From NCBI RefSeq assembly GCF_902713615.1, contig NC_052147.1, positions 56,591,549-56,655,548 on the forward strand: 64,000 nt of DNA, written 5' to 3'. Each line of letters begins with the position of its first letter. The stretch's first letter is position 1. Origin of the DNA: Scyliorhinus canicula. Taxonomy: Eukaryota. Below, piece after piece: positions 36,067 through 49,021 of the stretch. The translations under genes and the position numbers were made by a program. The notes beneath the pieces are model-generated. The model saw nothing but the letters and a program-made list of their open reading frames with translations. It was not told where the DNA came from and ran no database searches.

Positions 36067-37089
36067 AACTTTTCACTGGCTGCCTTCCAACTGTGACAGT
36101 ACTGAGTTTAAAAACTAAGTTAAGTAAATGTTGTGCTTCTGCCTCTTTATCTCAATCACTTTGAAACCTTGATTTTTCTTTTTTAAGCATGTTTCTGCAA
36201 TTTTCCTGCTTCTCCCCAAAGCATTTGGAGAGGTTGTTTTTCCCTTTGCACTTCACGTTTAAATTATTAATCTAAATAGGATAACTTTTATTTTTGGCAT
36301 TTACCCTGCAAATTCAATATTGTTCCATTGGACTTTGCAATCAACCTGCAGCCAACCCCCCGCCACCACCCCATATATATTTCAGTTATATATTTGACTT
36401 CTGGTATTGGCATATATCTGAATCCCATATCGTATGTAATTTGATCATTTCTCTCAATACCGTACCCAGAGGACTTCCATTTCCTGTATCCTGTCTTGTT
36501 TAATAATACAAGGTAAAGATGAGCTTCCTTGTTGCTTTGGTTCATGAAGCAGTTGTGCAAAACGTTCACTAACTCTGACTCTAAACCACTTGGGTTTTCT
36601 CAGTTCATATTAGGTTTATTGAAGTCTTTCATTATAATAACTTCCCTGTTCTCCTCTCCCATTTCTCTTTGGAGAGTAAACCCATGATCTACAGCACGTC
36701 TGTGATCAAACTTGATGCTGACTAAACAGGGTGGTTTATTTTATTGCTTGTGCTCCACCATGGAATCTGTTTCATTGAACGGTCTTTGATGTCCATTCTG
36801 TTATTCCTGAAAGCTGTCCCTTTTTGAATTGTTTTCAACCTCTGGATTTTGCCACGTTTCTGCTATAACCGCACCATCCCACCGCTGCCAAAGATTCTAG
36901 TTTTGCTATCTTATTTCTAATTCCTATTGTTGATATCAGTAACAGTATGATTTAAAATAAAAAATAGAAGCTGCTGATGTGCAGTTTCCAGATCATGTAA
37001 TTTGAACCTGAAAATCGCACTAACACTTAATACTATGAAGAAATCGATGTCTTTTCTCATTTAGAAAAAAAAATACTTGTTTATAACCT

Positions 37090-37227
37090 GGGCAGGATTT
37101 TCTGGTCAGGCCTGCCCCATGATTGAAAATTCCTGCCTGAGGTCAACAGACCTTTAAATGGGTCCATCAAATTTCCATCCCGCCTGTGACAATTCCTGCA
37201 GCGGACGGGACTGGAAAATGAGCCCGT
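37090..37227. mobile_element. Short MITE-like element
   Basis: Imperfect TIRs GGGCAGGATTTTC ... GAAAATGAGCCC. Confidence 0.5.
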
Positions 37228-37278
37228 GTTTCAACACCATCAGATGTCTCAAATCACCTTGCAGCCAATGAAAGACTT

Positions 37279-37709
37279 TTTTTTTAAATAATTTTTATTG
37301 AGATTTTCAAAAAACATATCAAAAACAGAAAATAACAACAAGAAAACAATATTAACAACAACAAAAAGAAAAACACACTAACCCCCAAAACAAACCACCC
37401 CCTCCCCCCCCCGTAACTACAAAAAGAAGTTGATAAACACCCGGCATATTCAATAAACACATATATACACATTTCTCCCTTCCCCCGAAATGAGCTCCCC
37501 ACCCCCCGGCCCGGGTTGCTGCTGCTGCCAGCCTATTTCCCTACCGTTCTGCCAGGAAGTTCAGGAAAGGCTGCCACCACCTAAAAACCCCCTGTACTGA
37601 TCCCCTCAGGGCAAATTTCACCTTCTCGAATTTGATGAACCCCGCCATATCATTGATCCAGGCCTCCACGCTTGGGGGCCTCGCATCCTTCCATTGAAGC
37701 AAGATCCTC
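37279..37709 (-). mobile_element. L1 3' fragment
   Basis: Encodes RILLQWKDARPPSVEAW...KVKFALRGS, with poly-A; TSD GCAGCCAATGAAA(G/T)ACTT (37261-37278 / 37710-37727). Confidence 0.88.
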
Positions 37710-38208
37710 GCAGCCAATGAAATACTTGTGAAATGTAGGAAGTATGGGGACCGATTTGCAGATGTCAAATTCTGAATGACAGCAGTGTAATAGTGACCAG
37801 GTGATTTTTTTTTTTTAATGGTTGATTTGAGGGATATATTTGGCAGGACACGAAGGACAATTCCCCTGCTCTCTACTGAAATAGTGCCATGGGATCTTTG
37901 CAACCACTTGGAGAGGGCTGACAGGGCCTCTGTTTGTTTGATGTCTTGCCTGAATGATGGCACTTCCAACACTCCCTTGGTCAGTTATGGTTTTTGTTCT
38001 GAAATCTCTGGAGTGGGACTTCGTGAGAGAGCTACCTACTGAGCAATGCCTGACCTATTTCAGTTCCATTATTTGCTATAACCCATGTCCCTGATGTTAG
38101 AGCGTACATTGCAGTCTCCATCTGAATGCCTTCACAATTCCAGAATTATCTGGAGAGTAGGTGTAAAAAAACATGGTGAGCAAGTGTCCTCGCATCATCC
38201 AAGAATGG

Positions 38209-38291
38209 AATTTGTCAGCAAGTTCTGGCCTTCCCTTCCCAGACCCCAATTTGTCAGCAAGTTCTGGCCCTTCCCTTCCCAGACCCCAATT
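38209..38291. repeat. ~39-bp tandem duplication
   Basis: AATTTGTCAGCAAGTTCTGGCC(C)TTCCCTTCCCAGACCCC twice. Confidence 0.9.
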
Positions 38292-38650
38292 CCCCACACA
38301 CTAGCCCTGAATCCCCATTTTTCCCTGTCCTATCCAAGCTCATCTCATCAGTGACTCACTTCATGACTTTTCACCTCTTCTGCTCCACCTCACCCCCATG
38401 CATAGCTGACATTGTTAATGCTTTCCCTCTCCTAAACACCTTCCTAAACAGGCCCCACATCTTGTTTGACTCTGCTTCACATCTCACATCTTTGCTATAT
38501 TGAAGAATTTAAATGCTTAGAGCAAGGTGTCAAGGGTGTTAACTAGTGCATCATTGGATTTTTTTTGTGATGCATTTATTTATGTATTCCTAACTATTTG
38601 ATGTGTTTGATGCTTTGCTTCTTTCAACATAATAATGTATGTCTTTGCAG

Positions 38651-38700
38651 GTTATTTTTAAGGCCAAAGCTAAATATTCTCCAGAACTTAACAAATACAA
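38651..38700 (+). CDS. GPR137C: GPR137C coding exon 2
   Basis: tttgcag|GTT...TACAA|gtgagt; 50 nt encoding VIFKAKAKYSPELNKY(K). Frame is compatible with exons 1 and 3. Confidence 0.93.
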
Positions 38701-39101
38701 GTGAGTACAATGCACACAATCTTTGTTTTAGCTAATTCCAGCAAAAAAAAGCAAGCACATATTTAAAGAGCTTTTTGTCACACTTTGGGAAAAGCTTAAT
38801 TACTTAATTTAGTTGCAACTGTAGGTGAATAAACGCTAAGTAGAATTTTTGCTGGGTTTTTTGGCCACATATCAAAGCAATATGCCCTTGTATTTCCAAT
38901 GATGATTTACAAGTGGGTAGTAACGAACAAAAAATACTTTATCCATTAAACAAGGTCACAAGGGTGTGTACTGAATCAAGTTTCTGAAATAGAATCTGCA
39001 TGAAGCAACGTGTAACTAACACACAATCTCTTGGAGATCGCTCAAACTCCAGATAGAAATACAATCAGCATCCTCTAACTACTTTTCCTTGATGTTTTCA
39101 G

Positions 39102-39330
39102 GATTCCATTGCGGCTAGCATTCTTATTTGCTAGCATTCTGTTCCTGGTGGTGAACTTCACGTGTGCCGTGCTTGTCCAGGGAAATGTGCCAGAAAACCA
39201 GTTGAAATGGACTGTGTTTGTTCGCGTACTCATCAATGACAGCCTCTTTGTGCTTTGTGCCATTTCATTGGCAGTATGCATCTTCAAAATAGCAAAAATG
39301 TCATCTGCGAATGTATACCTTGAGTCAAAG
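39102..39330 (+). CDS. GPR137C: GPR137C coding exon 3
   Basis: ttttcag|G...TCAAAG|gtaaaa. Encodes [56 protein letters not shown]...SANVYLESK; [13 protein letters not shown] matches the GPR137C paralogue as I recall it. Confidence 0.95.
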
Positions 39331-39941
39331 GTAAAAAGTCAGATTGCTTTCCTTGACTTTTTTTTTAAACCTAAATTTGCACAATGTAAACAAATAATCT
39401 GGATTTATTTTTGACTTAAATTATTCCTTACTGGGATCTACCATTGTTGATCTGCCTTAAAGTGAGCCATTTTTAAAAGAAGAATAAAAGATTTTAATTT
39501 AAAAATTAGGATTATGAAAGTGCCGAAAGCTTTGATTTGCAGTTTGCTGTTTTAGTGACTCTCATACACTCACGCTCTCGGGATCAATAAAGCAGCAGAA
39601 ACATTGAATCCAGTTTGCAATTATTCCCGCTGTATATTTCAAGCTAAGGCTTTAAAGCCTGACTGTGGGGCAAACAATTCCCAAGTCCTTTGTTATTGAA
39701 CCCATAAAATGAACAGATGGTACTACTATCCCCCGAGTCAAAAAGGTAGGCATGGCTCCAGATCACAAGTAAAACTATTGCAATAACCAGGGTATTAATT
39801 GCACCAATGTTCAAGTACCAGTATTGTTTATCTCAACAGAAATCATATTGTGGCTAAAGCACTTGTTTATTACTCTGGTTACCTGAAAGCTGTTGTGGTT
39901 CAACTTTATTTCAATCCATTCAGACAGCCTTTTTTTTTCAG

Positions 39942-40091
39942 GGGACTTCTGTTTGTCAGGCCACTCTTGTGGGTGCTGCAGTGATCCTGCTTTATATATC
40001 AAGGGCTTCCTATAACCTGGTGGTGGTCTTCATGGCTCCGGAAGATAGGCCCAGTTCATTCAACTATGGCTGGTACAATGTGTCTGATCAG
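39942..40091 (+). CDS. GPR137C: GPR137C coding exon 4
   Basis: ttttttcag|GGG...GATCAG|gtagct; 150 nt encoding GTSVCQATLVGAAVILLYISRASYNLVVVFMAPEDRPSSFNYGWYNVSDQ. Confidence 0.94.
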
Positions 40092-40666
40092 GTAGCTGTA
40101 TGTATAAGAAGGTTTTTTTAACTTTAATTTGACAAGAGACACAGCTGTACAATCTTTTTGTGGCACATTGTGTGTAAGCAATGACATCACTTAATATATT
40201 TTGGATTTTCAGCAATGAATAACTGAAATTTAAGATTTTAAGAGTTCATTAGAAATATGCTGTATCTACACACTTATCAACCATTTAATATTCAGTTCAA
40301 ACCATTAGTATCAGTAACCGCTAATGTACCATTTGGTGCATATGTAAACTGGAGTTACAATGCAAGATTTTCTGAATTAGATTAAATAATTCTAAACCGA
40401 GCAGTGGATTCAACATTGTAGTACGCAGTACAGGCTATGTCAAAGCCTATTTATTGCATGTGGTCAAATTTCAGATTCAAATAATATGTACAGTTCTTTT
40501 TAGTTAATCCTTCTGGATTATGCTACTTACTGTAATCGTCAGTCTTGCTTGTCCTATTCTAATGTCAGTTAATATTTTTAATCAGTCTTTTCTAGTCATC
40601 TTTCTCTTATGTTCCAATTTAGTTGGTTTATAATTGTACTAAGCTGCATTAATGCTTGCTTTCCAG

Positions 40667-40792
40667 GCAGACGTTGAAAAAGTCAGTGACCAAGCTTATG
40701 TGGCTTTTGGAATAATTCTTTTCCTTTGGGAACTATTGCCTACAAGTTTGGTGGTATTTTTTTTCAGGGTGCAGAGACCAAATCAAAATCTG
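40667..40792 (+). CDS. GPR137C: GPR137C coding exon 5
   Basis: ttccag|GCA...AATCTG|gtaaga; 126 nt encoding ADVEKVSDQAYVAFGIILFLWELLPTSLVVFFFRVQRPNQNL. Confidence 0.94.
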
Positions 40793-42399
40793 GTAAGAAA
40801 TTGTTTTATATTCCATCAGAATTTTCTCATCGATCCTCCTCCTCCTCCTCCATCTACTGACTGGTCCCACCCACATCATCATGACCTCTGCCATGGAGGG
40901 GTAAACAGCAGGTCCTGAGTCCTCTCCAACCAGAACGGGGATGAAATCCTGTGCTGTTGGCACCAATCTGCTGCACTCCAAACACTTGTGTTGTAACCTG
41001 GAGCTGTGGATCATGATGGTAGAGGCTCCAATTTCTTTCCATCACCTGGTTGAGCAGGAATATTTCTCACTCTTGCAGCCTGTTGGAAGGATTTACAATT
41101 TGACATTCGACCTGTTTGTCCATGTTATGAATGCATCTTCCTGGCCATTAAGTCCTGGGGTGGGACTTGAACCCATAGCTTCTGGCTGAGGCATGGACCT
41201 CTACTGTATCTACTCCTTTGCCACAAATGTTTTGTTTTTTTAAGTGCTTCGTATCTAATACCAAAAATATTTAATATGTTCCTCTGTTCTACTGAAGGAA
41301 GGATGTATTAGGAATAGGAGCATAGAAGCAAAACTCTGCTTTTAGTGCCTCAAGCTGTTCTGCCATTCATGGATTGTAGCTCTTTTTGTGTCTCAACACC
41401 ATTTAAACACCGTGGTTCTGTATTCTTTGGTGCCCCTCCCCACCAGGAATATATTGACCTGCATTTAGAAAGCTCCAATTGACCCAGTATTTACTAATCC
41501 CTTCATAATCCATGCTGATTTCTTTTTGATCACCTGATACTTGTCTAACTGCTCTGTTACGTTTCCTTTAGCAATCGATTCAAGTAAATTTCCTTGGTAA
41601 ACTGACGGGTGCGTGAATGCGGGTTTCCCCTATTCCTAAAATAATGATGTGGCTTTTTGAATTTTCCCAATCCAAAGGCACAATTCCCAAATAATAGTTT
41701 TGTAAAATTGTTATTCGAGGACTTTTAGTACCCTAACCTGTTTATTTTCATATCCTGGATGGGAAGCCATTAAGTTAACAAGTCTCTAGTACTTGGGTCC
41801 AATTATTTTTGCTATTACAATTTTTTTTCACCTTTTGAATCCGCTTTCCTTATACTGTGGATATTTTGTCCTCTTCCAAATTTCGCAGATGCAAAGTATT
41901 AATTTAACAATTTGCTATTTTCTTATTATCCATGATAGCCTTGTTTACATATCTTCAATTTTCCCGTGTTCTCCTTTACATCTGTGTACTTTTGCTTTGA
42001 GTTTTGATATTCTTTCTATTAATGCTGTACTCTTTTTACGTCTACTTTCTTTATATCTTTTTTTTGCTTGTTCAGTCTGCTGGATTTCCATTCTTTGCAT
42101 TTTTGTAAGTTTTTTGTTTTTAGTTTGATGCATCTAACTCATGATTCTAAAAATATAAGTGCCTTTTAGGGGCTTGTATTCATTTTGTATTTTGTTTCAA
42201 ATTACTTTGAATATTTTCTACTGTTTGTAGATTTACCCATTGCTGAGTTTAATCCAGTCAGTACAATTGTGGTCGATTTGAAGTTTACTTAATTTTAAAA
42301 TATTTTGTGACATTTCTTTATCCAGAGGATGGTGGAAGTCTGAAACTCACTGGCTGAAAGGGTGGTGGATGCAGACACCCTCGTTTTAAGAGTATTTGG

Positions 42400-42840
42400 A
42401 TAATAATCTTTACCAATGTCACAAGTAGACTTACATTAATACTGCAGTGAAGTTACTGTAAAAATCCCCTAGTCGCCACATTTTGGCACCTATTTGGGTA
42501 ACCTGAGAGAGAATTCTATGTCCAATTTACCTAACACACAATTTTCCTTAGACAGCACCTTCCAAACCCATGACCACTACCGTCTAGAAGGACAAGAGCA
42601 GCAGGTACCTGGGAACCCCACCACCTGGATGTTCCCCTCCAAGTCGCCCAACACCCTGCCTTGGAAATATATCGCTGTTCCTTCACTGTCGCTGGGGCAA
42701 AACCGGAGCACCCAGAGGAAACCCACGCAGTCACGGGGAGAACATGCAGACTCCGCATTGACAGTGACCAAGCCAGGAAACTAACCCGGGTCCCTGGCGC
42801 TGTGAAATAACCATGCTAACCACTGTGCTACCATGCCGCC
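42400..42840 (-). mobile_element. V-SINE with Rex1-like tail, centre replaced by an unrelated ~150-bp repeat fragment
   Basis: Head at 42700-42840 and tail at 42400-42540. Confidence 0.75.
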
Positions 42841-43002
42841 CATGTGCACTTGCGATGCCAAGGCATACAAGGCTATGGGCCAGGTGCTGGAAAATGGGAT
42901 TATAATACTTGGGTTGTTTTTGGCCTGCGCAGACTCGATGGGCGTAGGGCCTTTTCTGTGCAGGAGACCTCGAAGACTCTTCACCTCAAATTTAGTTCAG
43001 TT

Positions 43003-43290
43003 TGCGGTAGCACAGTAGTTAGCACTGTTGCTCACAGCGACAGGGTCACAGGTTCGATTCCCGGCTCGGGTCACTGTCTGTATGGATTCTGCACCTTCTC
43101 CCTGTGTCTGCATGGATTTCCTTTGGGTCCTCCGGTTTCCTCCCAAAAGACGTGCTGTTAGGTAATTTGGAGATTCAAATTCTCCCTTCGTGTACCCAAA
43201 CAGGTGCTGGAATGTGGCAACTAGGGGCTTTTCACTAAGGTAACTTTTTTGCAATGTTAATGTAAGCCAACTTGTGACTTTCAGATGATT
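43003..43290 (+). mobile_element. V-SINE with Rex1-like tail
   Basis: Head, V-domain and the tail GTGGCAACTAGGGGCTTTTCAC...CTTGTGAC. Confidence 0.8.
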
Positions 43291-44304
43291 ATTATTATCA
43301 ATTGTATAATGGTCCCTACTTGGTGTGATTTTCTCCAGACTCTAACTAGTTTAAAACTGTTCCTACTTTTTCTCGTTTCACGGGGCCATGTGTATCTCTT
43401 GGGTTTAGACAACAACCATTTTTTAAACTCTGAAACTGATCCTGGCATTAAGGAATCTGATGAATATTTCTTGTGGAGCAAATTTGGAAACCTCTAACTT
43501 TTGTGACCATCCAATGGGTACTCTTGGCAAAAAAAAAAGTTTTGTATACCTGGATTATTTTTAAGAGTTAGTTAAATTCATTGCCTTGTGCTAATTGCAA
43601 ATACAACCGCAGTTTTGCCTCTGAAGACCCCAGTGCTACTTTTGGAACCATTTAAGAGCACTTTGGACAAGTCACTTGTAAATCCGACCAGTAATCTCCC
43701 TTGTTTGGTGATCGGAGACCAAGCCAACATGGTTGTTCACTTGCTTTGTCGTGCTATATTACATTCATAAGATAACGATCAATGGGGGGGATGCGGGGAA
43801 AAGCATCTCAGTAAGTATCAATGTACAAGATTTTTAAAACCGACTGTGTACCCTAAAATATGGCCATTGTGAGTTAATACAATTTGTAAACAAAAATCAG
43901 TCTGGTGGCCAACTTCGTTAATCATCCTTCCTTGGTAATATTCAACTTAAGTTACGTTAATTTCAGAGCCTTTATTGCTGAAATGCATTTTAGCAGTTCA
44001 GCATTTGCAGTGATATTAGAGCTTAAAAAGTAAATAAGACTTTCACTGCAATTAGAGTAGCATGCTATTAAAGTTGACTTTTGTGAACCCTAATGACTCG
44101 TGTACAACATGAAGCAATACTTTTTAACTGCTCGCAATATGGTTTTATGAGTATTTTTCAGTTGATACTAACTGCAAAAGGTGACATGAGACTTGTGTGT
44201 TCTTTGTCAGTATTGCTTTTGTTCTGGCTGTTCAGTCCTTTTCAAATGTAATTGACTCGAATACAATTAATCCTGTTGTAACTTTGCATGTCAATCTTTT
44301 ACAG

Positions 44305-44429
44305 GGATCGGGTGGAATGATCAACAGTCACAGTTTCAGTTCCCGAGCATACTTTTTTGATAATCCACGACGGTATGATAGTGATGATGATTTAAGTAGA
44401 AGCAGTGGCTCCAGAGGAGAGAGAGGAAG
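44305..44429 (+). CDS. GPR137C: GPR137C coding exon 6
   Basis: ttttacag|GGA...GGAAG|gtgggt. Encodes [41 protein letters not shown], including the family motif [15 protein letters not shown]. Confidence 0.94.
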
Positions 44430-44625
44430 GTGGGTGTAATTGCTTTCTGGAGATTGAGATCTCCACACTCTTAACCATTTGACACTGATTGAAGATAGTA
44501 GCCTTTTTAAAGGAGCATTCTTGATGAGGTTTTGACAATTATGAACGTTGGCAAAGTATTTTATAGCTAACAACTTCTTCTTCCAAATATTTTCTTGCGG
44601 GAGAAGAAAGTAAATAAGGAAATAA

Positions 44626-44797
44626 GGGGCTGGTTTAGCTCACCGGGCTAAATCGCTGGCTTTTAAAGCAGGCCAGCAGCATGGTTCGATTCCCGTACCA
44701 GCCTCCCCGGACAGGCGCCGGAATGTGGCGACTAGGGGCTTTTACAGTAACTTCATTGAAGCCTACGCGTGACAAGTGATTTTCATTTTTCATTTCA
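44626..44797 (+). mobile_element. Short tRNA-derived SINE lacking the V-domain, Rex1-like tail
   Basis: GGGGCTGGTTTAGCTCA...GGTTCGATTCCC head joined directly to the shared tail. A related copy lies at ~49975-50175. Confidence 0.8.
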
Positions 44798-47700
44798 AAT
44801 AGTACACTTGCTTGAGGAATTGATGCTTTTTTTTAAACATTAGGATATATTATTGCCTTGATCATTCCAAAATTACAGTTTTGGGGCAGTATAGGGATGC
44901 TTTCTCCATGTATCACTTGGCAAAGTGACTCCAATCACAATGAACCTAAATAGATCTCTGCTCTGAACTTCAAAGACAATTCCTGAACTTTCCTGGACTA
45001 TCTATTGTATTGAGTTGACACTCTCTCTTTACAGCAACAACTTGGCTGGACACAGTACTTCAAATTTTAAACTTCTTGGTCAGAATAAAAATAAACAGAA
45101 GTCTAATATTAACAAACCTATTTCGATCCACAAAGTTAAATGTAAAGTAAAAGCTGAAAGTAATCTATTTTCCCAGCCAGTCTACAGTGACGTGGCTTCA
45201 GGAGCTCTGTGATGATGTAACTAAGGGCCTCTGTCGGTTATAACCAAGTTGATCACATGATGAGGTGTGATGATCAATCTTCAATAAAATTCCATAAAAA
45301 TAAACTACAAAAAAGGCCACTGATGGTGGAGTTTTGACATGTAGGAGGGAAGCCCCTTGCTTAAAGCTTATAGATTTATTCCTGAAAAGTGAAACTTTAA
45401 ATAACAGTTAAGCAAATATGATTTTCCCATTACAGCTAATATAATTCTGTAGGGCCTTTTCCATCAGTTGAAATACTGTACATTCCTATATTCGTAAATG
45501 AAATAACTTTTAAAATATAAACTTTTTCTACTTCCCTCCCACTCGCTGCTTCGGATCCCAAATCCCCACTGTGAGCACAGGCTCGGAGAGGTGTGGAGAG
45601 AGTGAGCAGGGGGTAGCTGCAGGTGAAAGGGTCAGGAAGGAAAATAGTGAGTGGGAGGAGTGTCTTGGTAAGTGGCAAAGACCTCTCCAAATCAGATCGT
45701 TCACACTACATCTGCCCTAGCACGAAACAACACTAAAACAAAAGTCCTGGCACTATGCCAGCCTGGTTATATCCACGGCACTAAAGTGAGACCTCATAGA
45801 ATGATATGACTTGTGACAGAATGGTTATAGCACAGAAAGAGGCCATTTGGCCCATCGTGTCTGTGCTGGTCCTCCAAAGGAGAAATTCACTTAATGCAAT
45901 TTGTGTGCCTTTTTCCCCCTTCCCCTCTCAATGTTTTCCTTTTTCAGATGATGATCCAATTCAATGTTGATCAAGCCTCAATTGATCCAATCTCCACCAC
46001 ACTAGAGCAGTGCATTCCAGATTCTAAACACTTGCTGCGTTTAAAACAAAATGCATTTTTCTTCCCGTCGCCACTGCTTCGCTTGCCAATTATCTTAAAT
46101 CTGGGCCGCCTTGTTCTACTTTGTCCAGACCCTTGATGATTTTAATCATGTGTCCTCCTTTTTCTTCTCCAAGGGGAACAGTGCCAACTCCATTCTATCC
46201 ATGGATTTGAAGTTCCTCATCCTTGGACTCATTCTTGTGAATCTTTTCTGCACCCTCTCTAATGCTTTCACATCCTTCCTAAAATGAGCTTAAAATGGGG
46301 ACTCACTGTAAACGCAATCCATTTCGGCCTTTGTCCCATAATTTAGTGTTGTAACTCTACTTGAGAAATCTTCTAACTAACAGACTATTGGCATTCGCAC
46401 CAAATCCAGTTGCAACAAAAAAGATGATCCCAGCTGATGCTACTGGACAAGTCAGATTCCGGGATGGACCCCGACTTGATAGATCCTAACTTTTATTTTT
46501 TGTTTAGAAACCCAAGAGTGGATACTGAACGGTTATGAGTGTCAGCTGCTAACCATTAACAAAAGAAAAAAACACTTGGCAAACAAGAAATTATGAACCA
46601 CATTACAATTCTCATTCTCCTGCATCTATACCTTTACAGATATATGCAGACTTGTAAGGCGACGCACGTTACAAAATCTATGATACATAGTCCATGTAAC
46701 AAAATAGGGGACCTGTGGTCAAATGCATTACACTCTGAAATCAAATGACATGTCACACCAAACATGCTATGGATCTCCAGCTCCCCCAGATACTTGTCAC
46801 ACTCCAGTTGCATGGATAGATTGGAGTTGGTACTGTTTGTCTTGGCGAATAAAAAGGTTGGGAGGAGATTTGGTAGGGGTATTCAAAATCCTGAAGGGTC
46901 TGGGCAGAGTAGATTTTCTTCCATTGGTGGAAGGATTGAGATCACGATGACACAGATTTAAGAGAAGCAGTGGCAACGTGAAGAAAAACTTTGTTCTTTT
47001 TTCCCAGGCACAGCAAAGTGGTTTGATCTGGAATGCACTGCCTGAGAGTATGGTGGAGGCTGGATGAGTAAGCCACTAGGTCTCACCTGAACTGCATCTT
47101 AGATGCGAGGGTTCCCAATCTCACTCTCGACGGACTCACCATGGAGTTTTCTCCCAAACAATGCTTTCACTTTGACATCTTCAACAGTGATTCACCTTCA
47201 GGGTTTCAACTGCTCCTCCTGATGTTCCTTTTTCTTAGATCTCTACATGCCTTCAAGCTTCACCTTTCATGCCCCCCTGTCTGACACTAAGCCTGGCCAA
47301 CAGAACGCAAATGCCTCATGTCCATCGAGTCACCAACCTTTGGCTGTCTCCCCGGGTCCCCTGCCTTCTAGCAATCCTATTTTGCTTAAGTTTGTTTCCT
47401 GCAGCTTTCTCTTTAATTTGGAGTCTTCTCCTATGCTTCTTACTTTTAACTTCACTGAACAGGACCGATTTTCAATACCTGTTCTTGTTCTTTGACTTAG
47501 CTATTGTCTTAGGACATTTATTGTCCCCACTCCCTGGTTTTTATGGGCTTCTTCCTTAGTTTGGGACTTGTTCTTTGCCCCTTTTAATGTTCTGGCATCC
47601 CCTTCCAAACTGAACTGAAACTACTTTTTTTTCCCCTCTCTCTCTGGACTCCTGTTGCTAGGCTCAGCACAGTTTTTTTTTGCTCTATCATTTTGTGTTT

Positions 47701-48490
47701 GTTTTAGCTTCCCTTCAAGACTCCTAAAACCTCATAAGACTATCTGTATTCCCTAACACCTGCAGTAGTTTAAAAAGAGAACAGGTGTTCAGCAAATGGG
47801 TCTTTCCTGATGAGCGATTTAGATTCTATCTGAGCTATATTAACAATTGATATAAAGAAGAAACTGGTCCTTGTCCTTGCTCAAATTGCACATTGAGAAG
47901 GTAAGTATGTTGAGCTGAAATGGGGACAAGGTTGAGACCTCGGTGATCTCATTGCAATTTGGACTCGTTCTCCATGCGCCATTGCATTTCAGTTCTTCGA
48001 GCCACAAGAAATTAACAAATAATATTCGTGTCACATTACTTGGGAGAATTAAAGAGAGATATTTTTTTATTTTATTATTATGCTTGGCCTGAAGAATAAT
48101 ATTCTGTTCAGTTTTGGCGCCTATGGTATTGACCGAAATTAGGATGGAGCGTGATCTAGCAAACCCTCGCGAGAACCAGAGAATTGCATCTGGACCACCG
48201 CCTTGCGTCACCATTTGGTTTCATCCCATCACTGGTTTGCATGGGTTATGATGTGTGCACCAAGCTAATGGCTATCTTTGGAATTGATGTTGCCGGTGCT
48301 CTGATGCGAACGGAAAATAAACTGCAATAAGACGCAAATAGCAGCCACTTGCAGTGGAATTAGTCATGATACCCAGCTGTATAAGAGAGGCTGGAAAATG
48401 AAGGCAAAGTCGCAGAATGGTTACAGCACAGGAGGTGGCCATTCAGCCAGTCTTGTCCATGCTGTCTGTCTGCAAGAGCAACTCTCCTGG

Positions 48491-48527
<37 letters not shown>

Positions 48528-49021
48528 CACACACACACACCTCGCTAACCTTAATAGCTTTCTAGACATTTTTGCTTTGAAGAATGATCTAATTCTTCTT
48601 AATTGAAGACCTCTATTGAATCTGCCTCCACCACACTCACAGGTATTCCACATTCTAACCCAATGCTGCATTTTTTAAATATATAACTGCTACCTTTGCC
48701 AGTCCCGATGGTTCTCAACCCTTCTGCTAGTGGAAGTTATTTCTCTTCATCTACTCTGTCCAAGCCTCTCATTAATTTGAACACCTCTAGCAAATTTCCT
48801 CTTATGGTCGTCACCTTTTCTCTAATCTATACAGTTCGCTTCCTTGAAACTATCCTTGTAAATCTTTTTGGCACTCATGTCCAGAATTGACTACAATACT
48901 ATGGTCAAGGTCAAACCAGGGATTTACACAGGTTCATCACGACCTTTGAACACTATATCCCTAATTATTAGGCCCCAGATCCCATATGCTTTATTAACCA
49001 CATTCTTAACCTTGCCACCTT

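Noticed and set aside
35348-36076. 242-aa antisense ORF
   Set aside because: Low-complexity antisense reading of the G-rich L1 3' UTR.
44626-44700. tRNA-like sequence
   Set aside because: It is a SINE head continuing into the shared SINE tail; there is no closed acceptor stem.
45205-45330. Several RTGATGA (box C-like) motifs with a downstream CTGA, a possible C/D snoRNA
   Set aside because: The interior is A-rich, the terminal stem is weak, and I see no rRNA/snRNA antisense element. It would need snoscan or Infernal support.
46430-47760. Possible old LTR-type element
   Set aside because: It has a repeat-like texture and a TG/CA end, but no second LTR, PBS or coding remnant that I can verify.
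48240-48310. ATGATG...CTGA pair, a possible snoRNA
   Set aside because: Box C is imperfect, the span is only ~56 nt, and no guide is evident.
48492-48540. Long poly-C/poly-G runs (also ~35895 and ~54951) as G-quadruplex elements
   Set aside because: They lie inside decayed repeats, and homopolymer lengths are assembly-sensitive.
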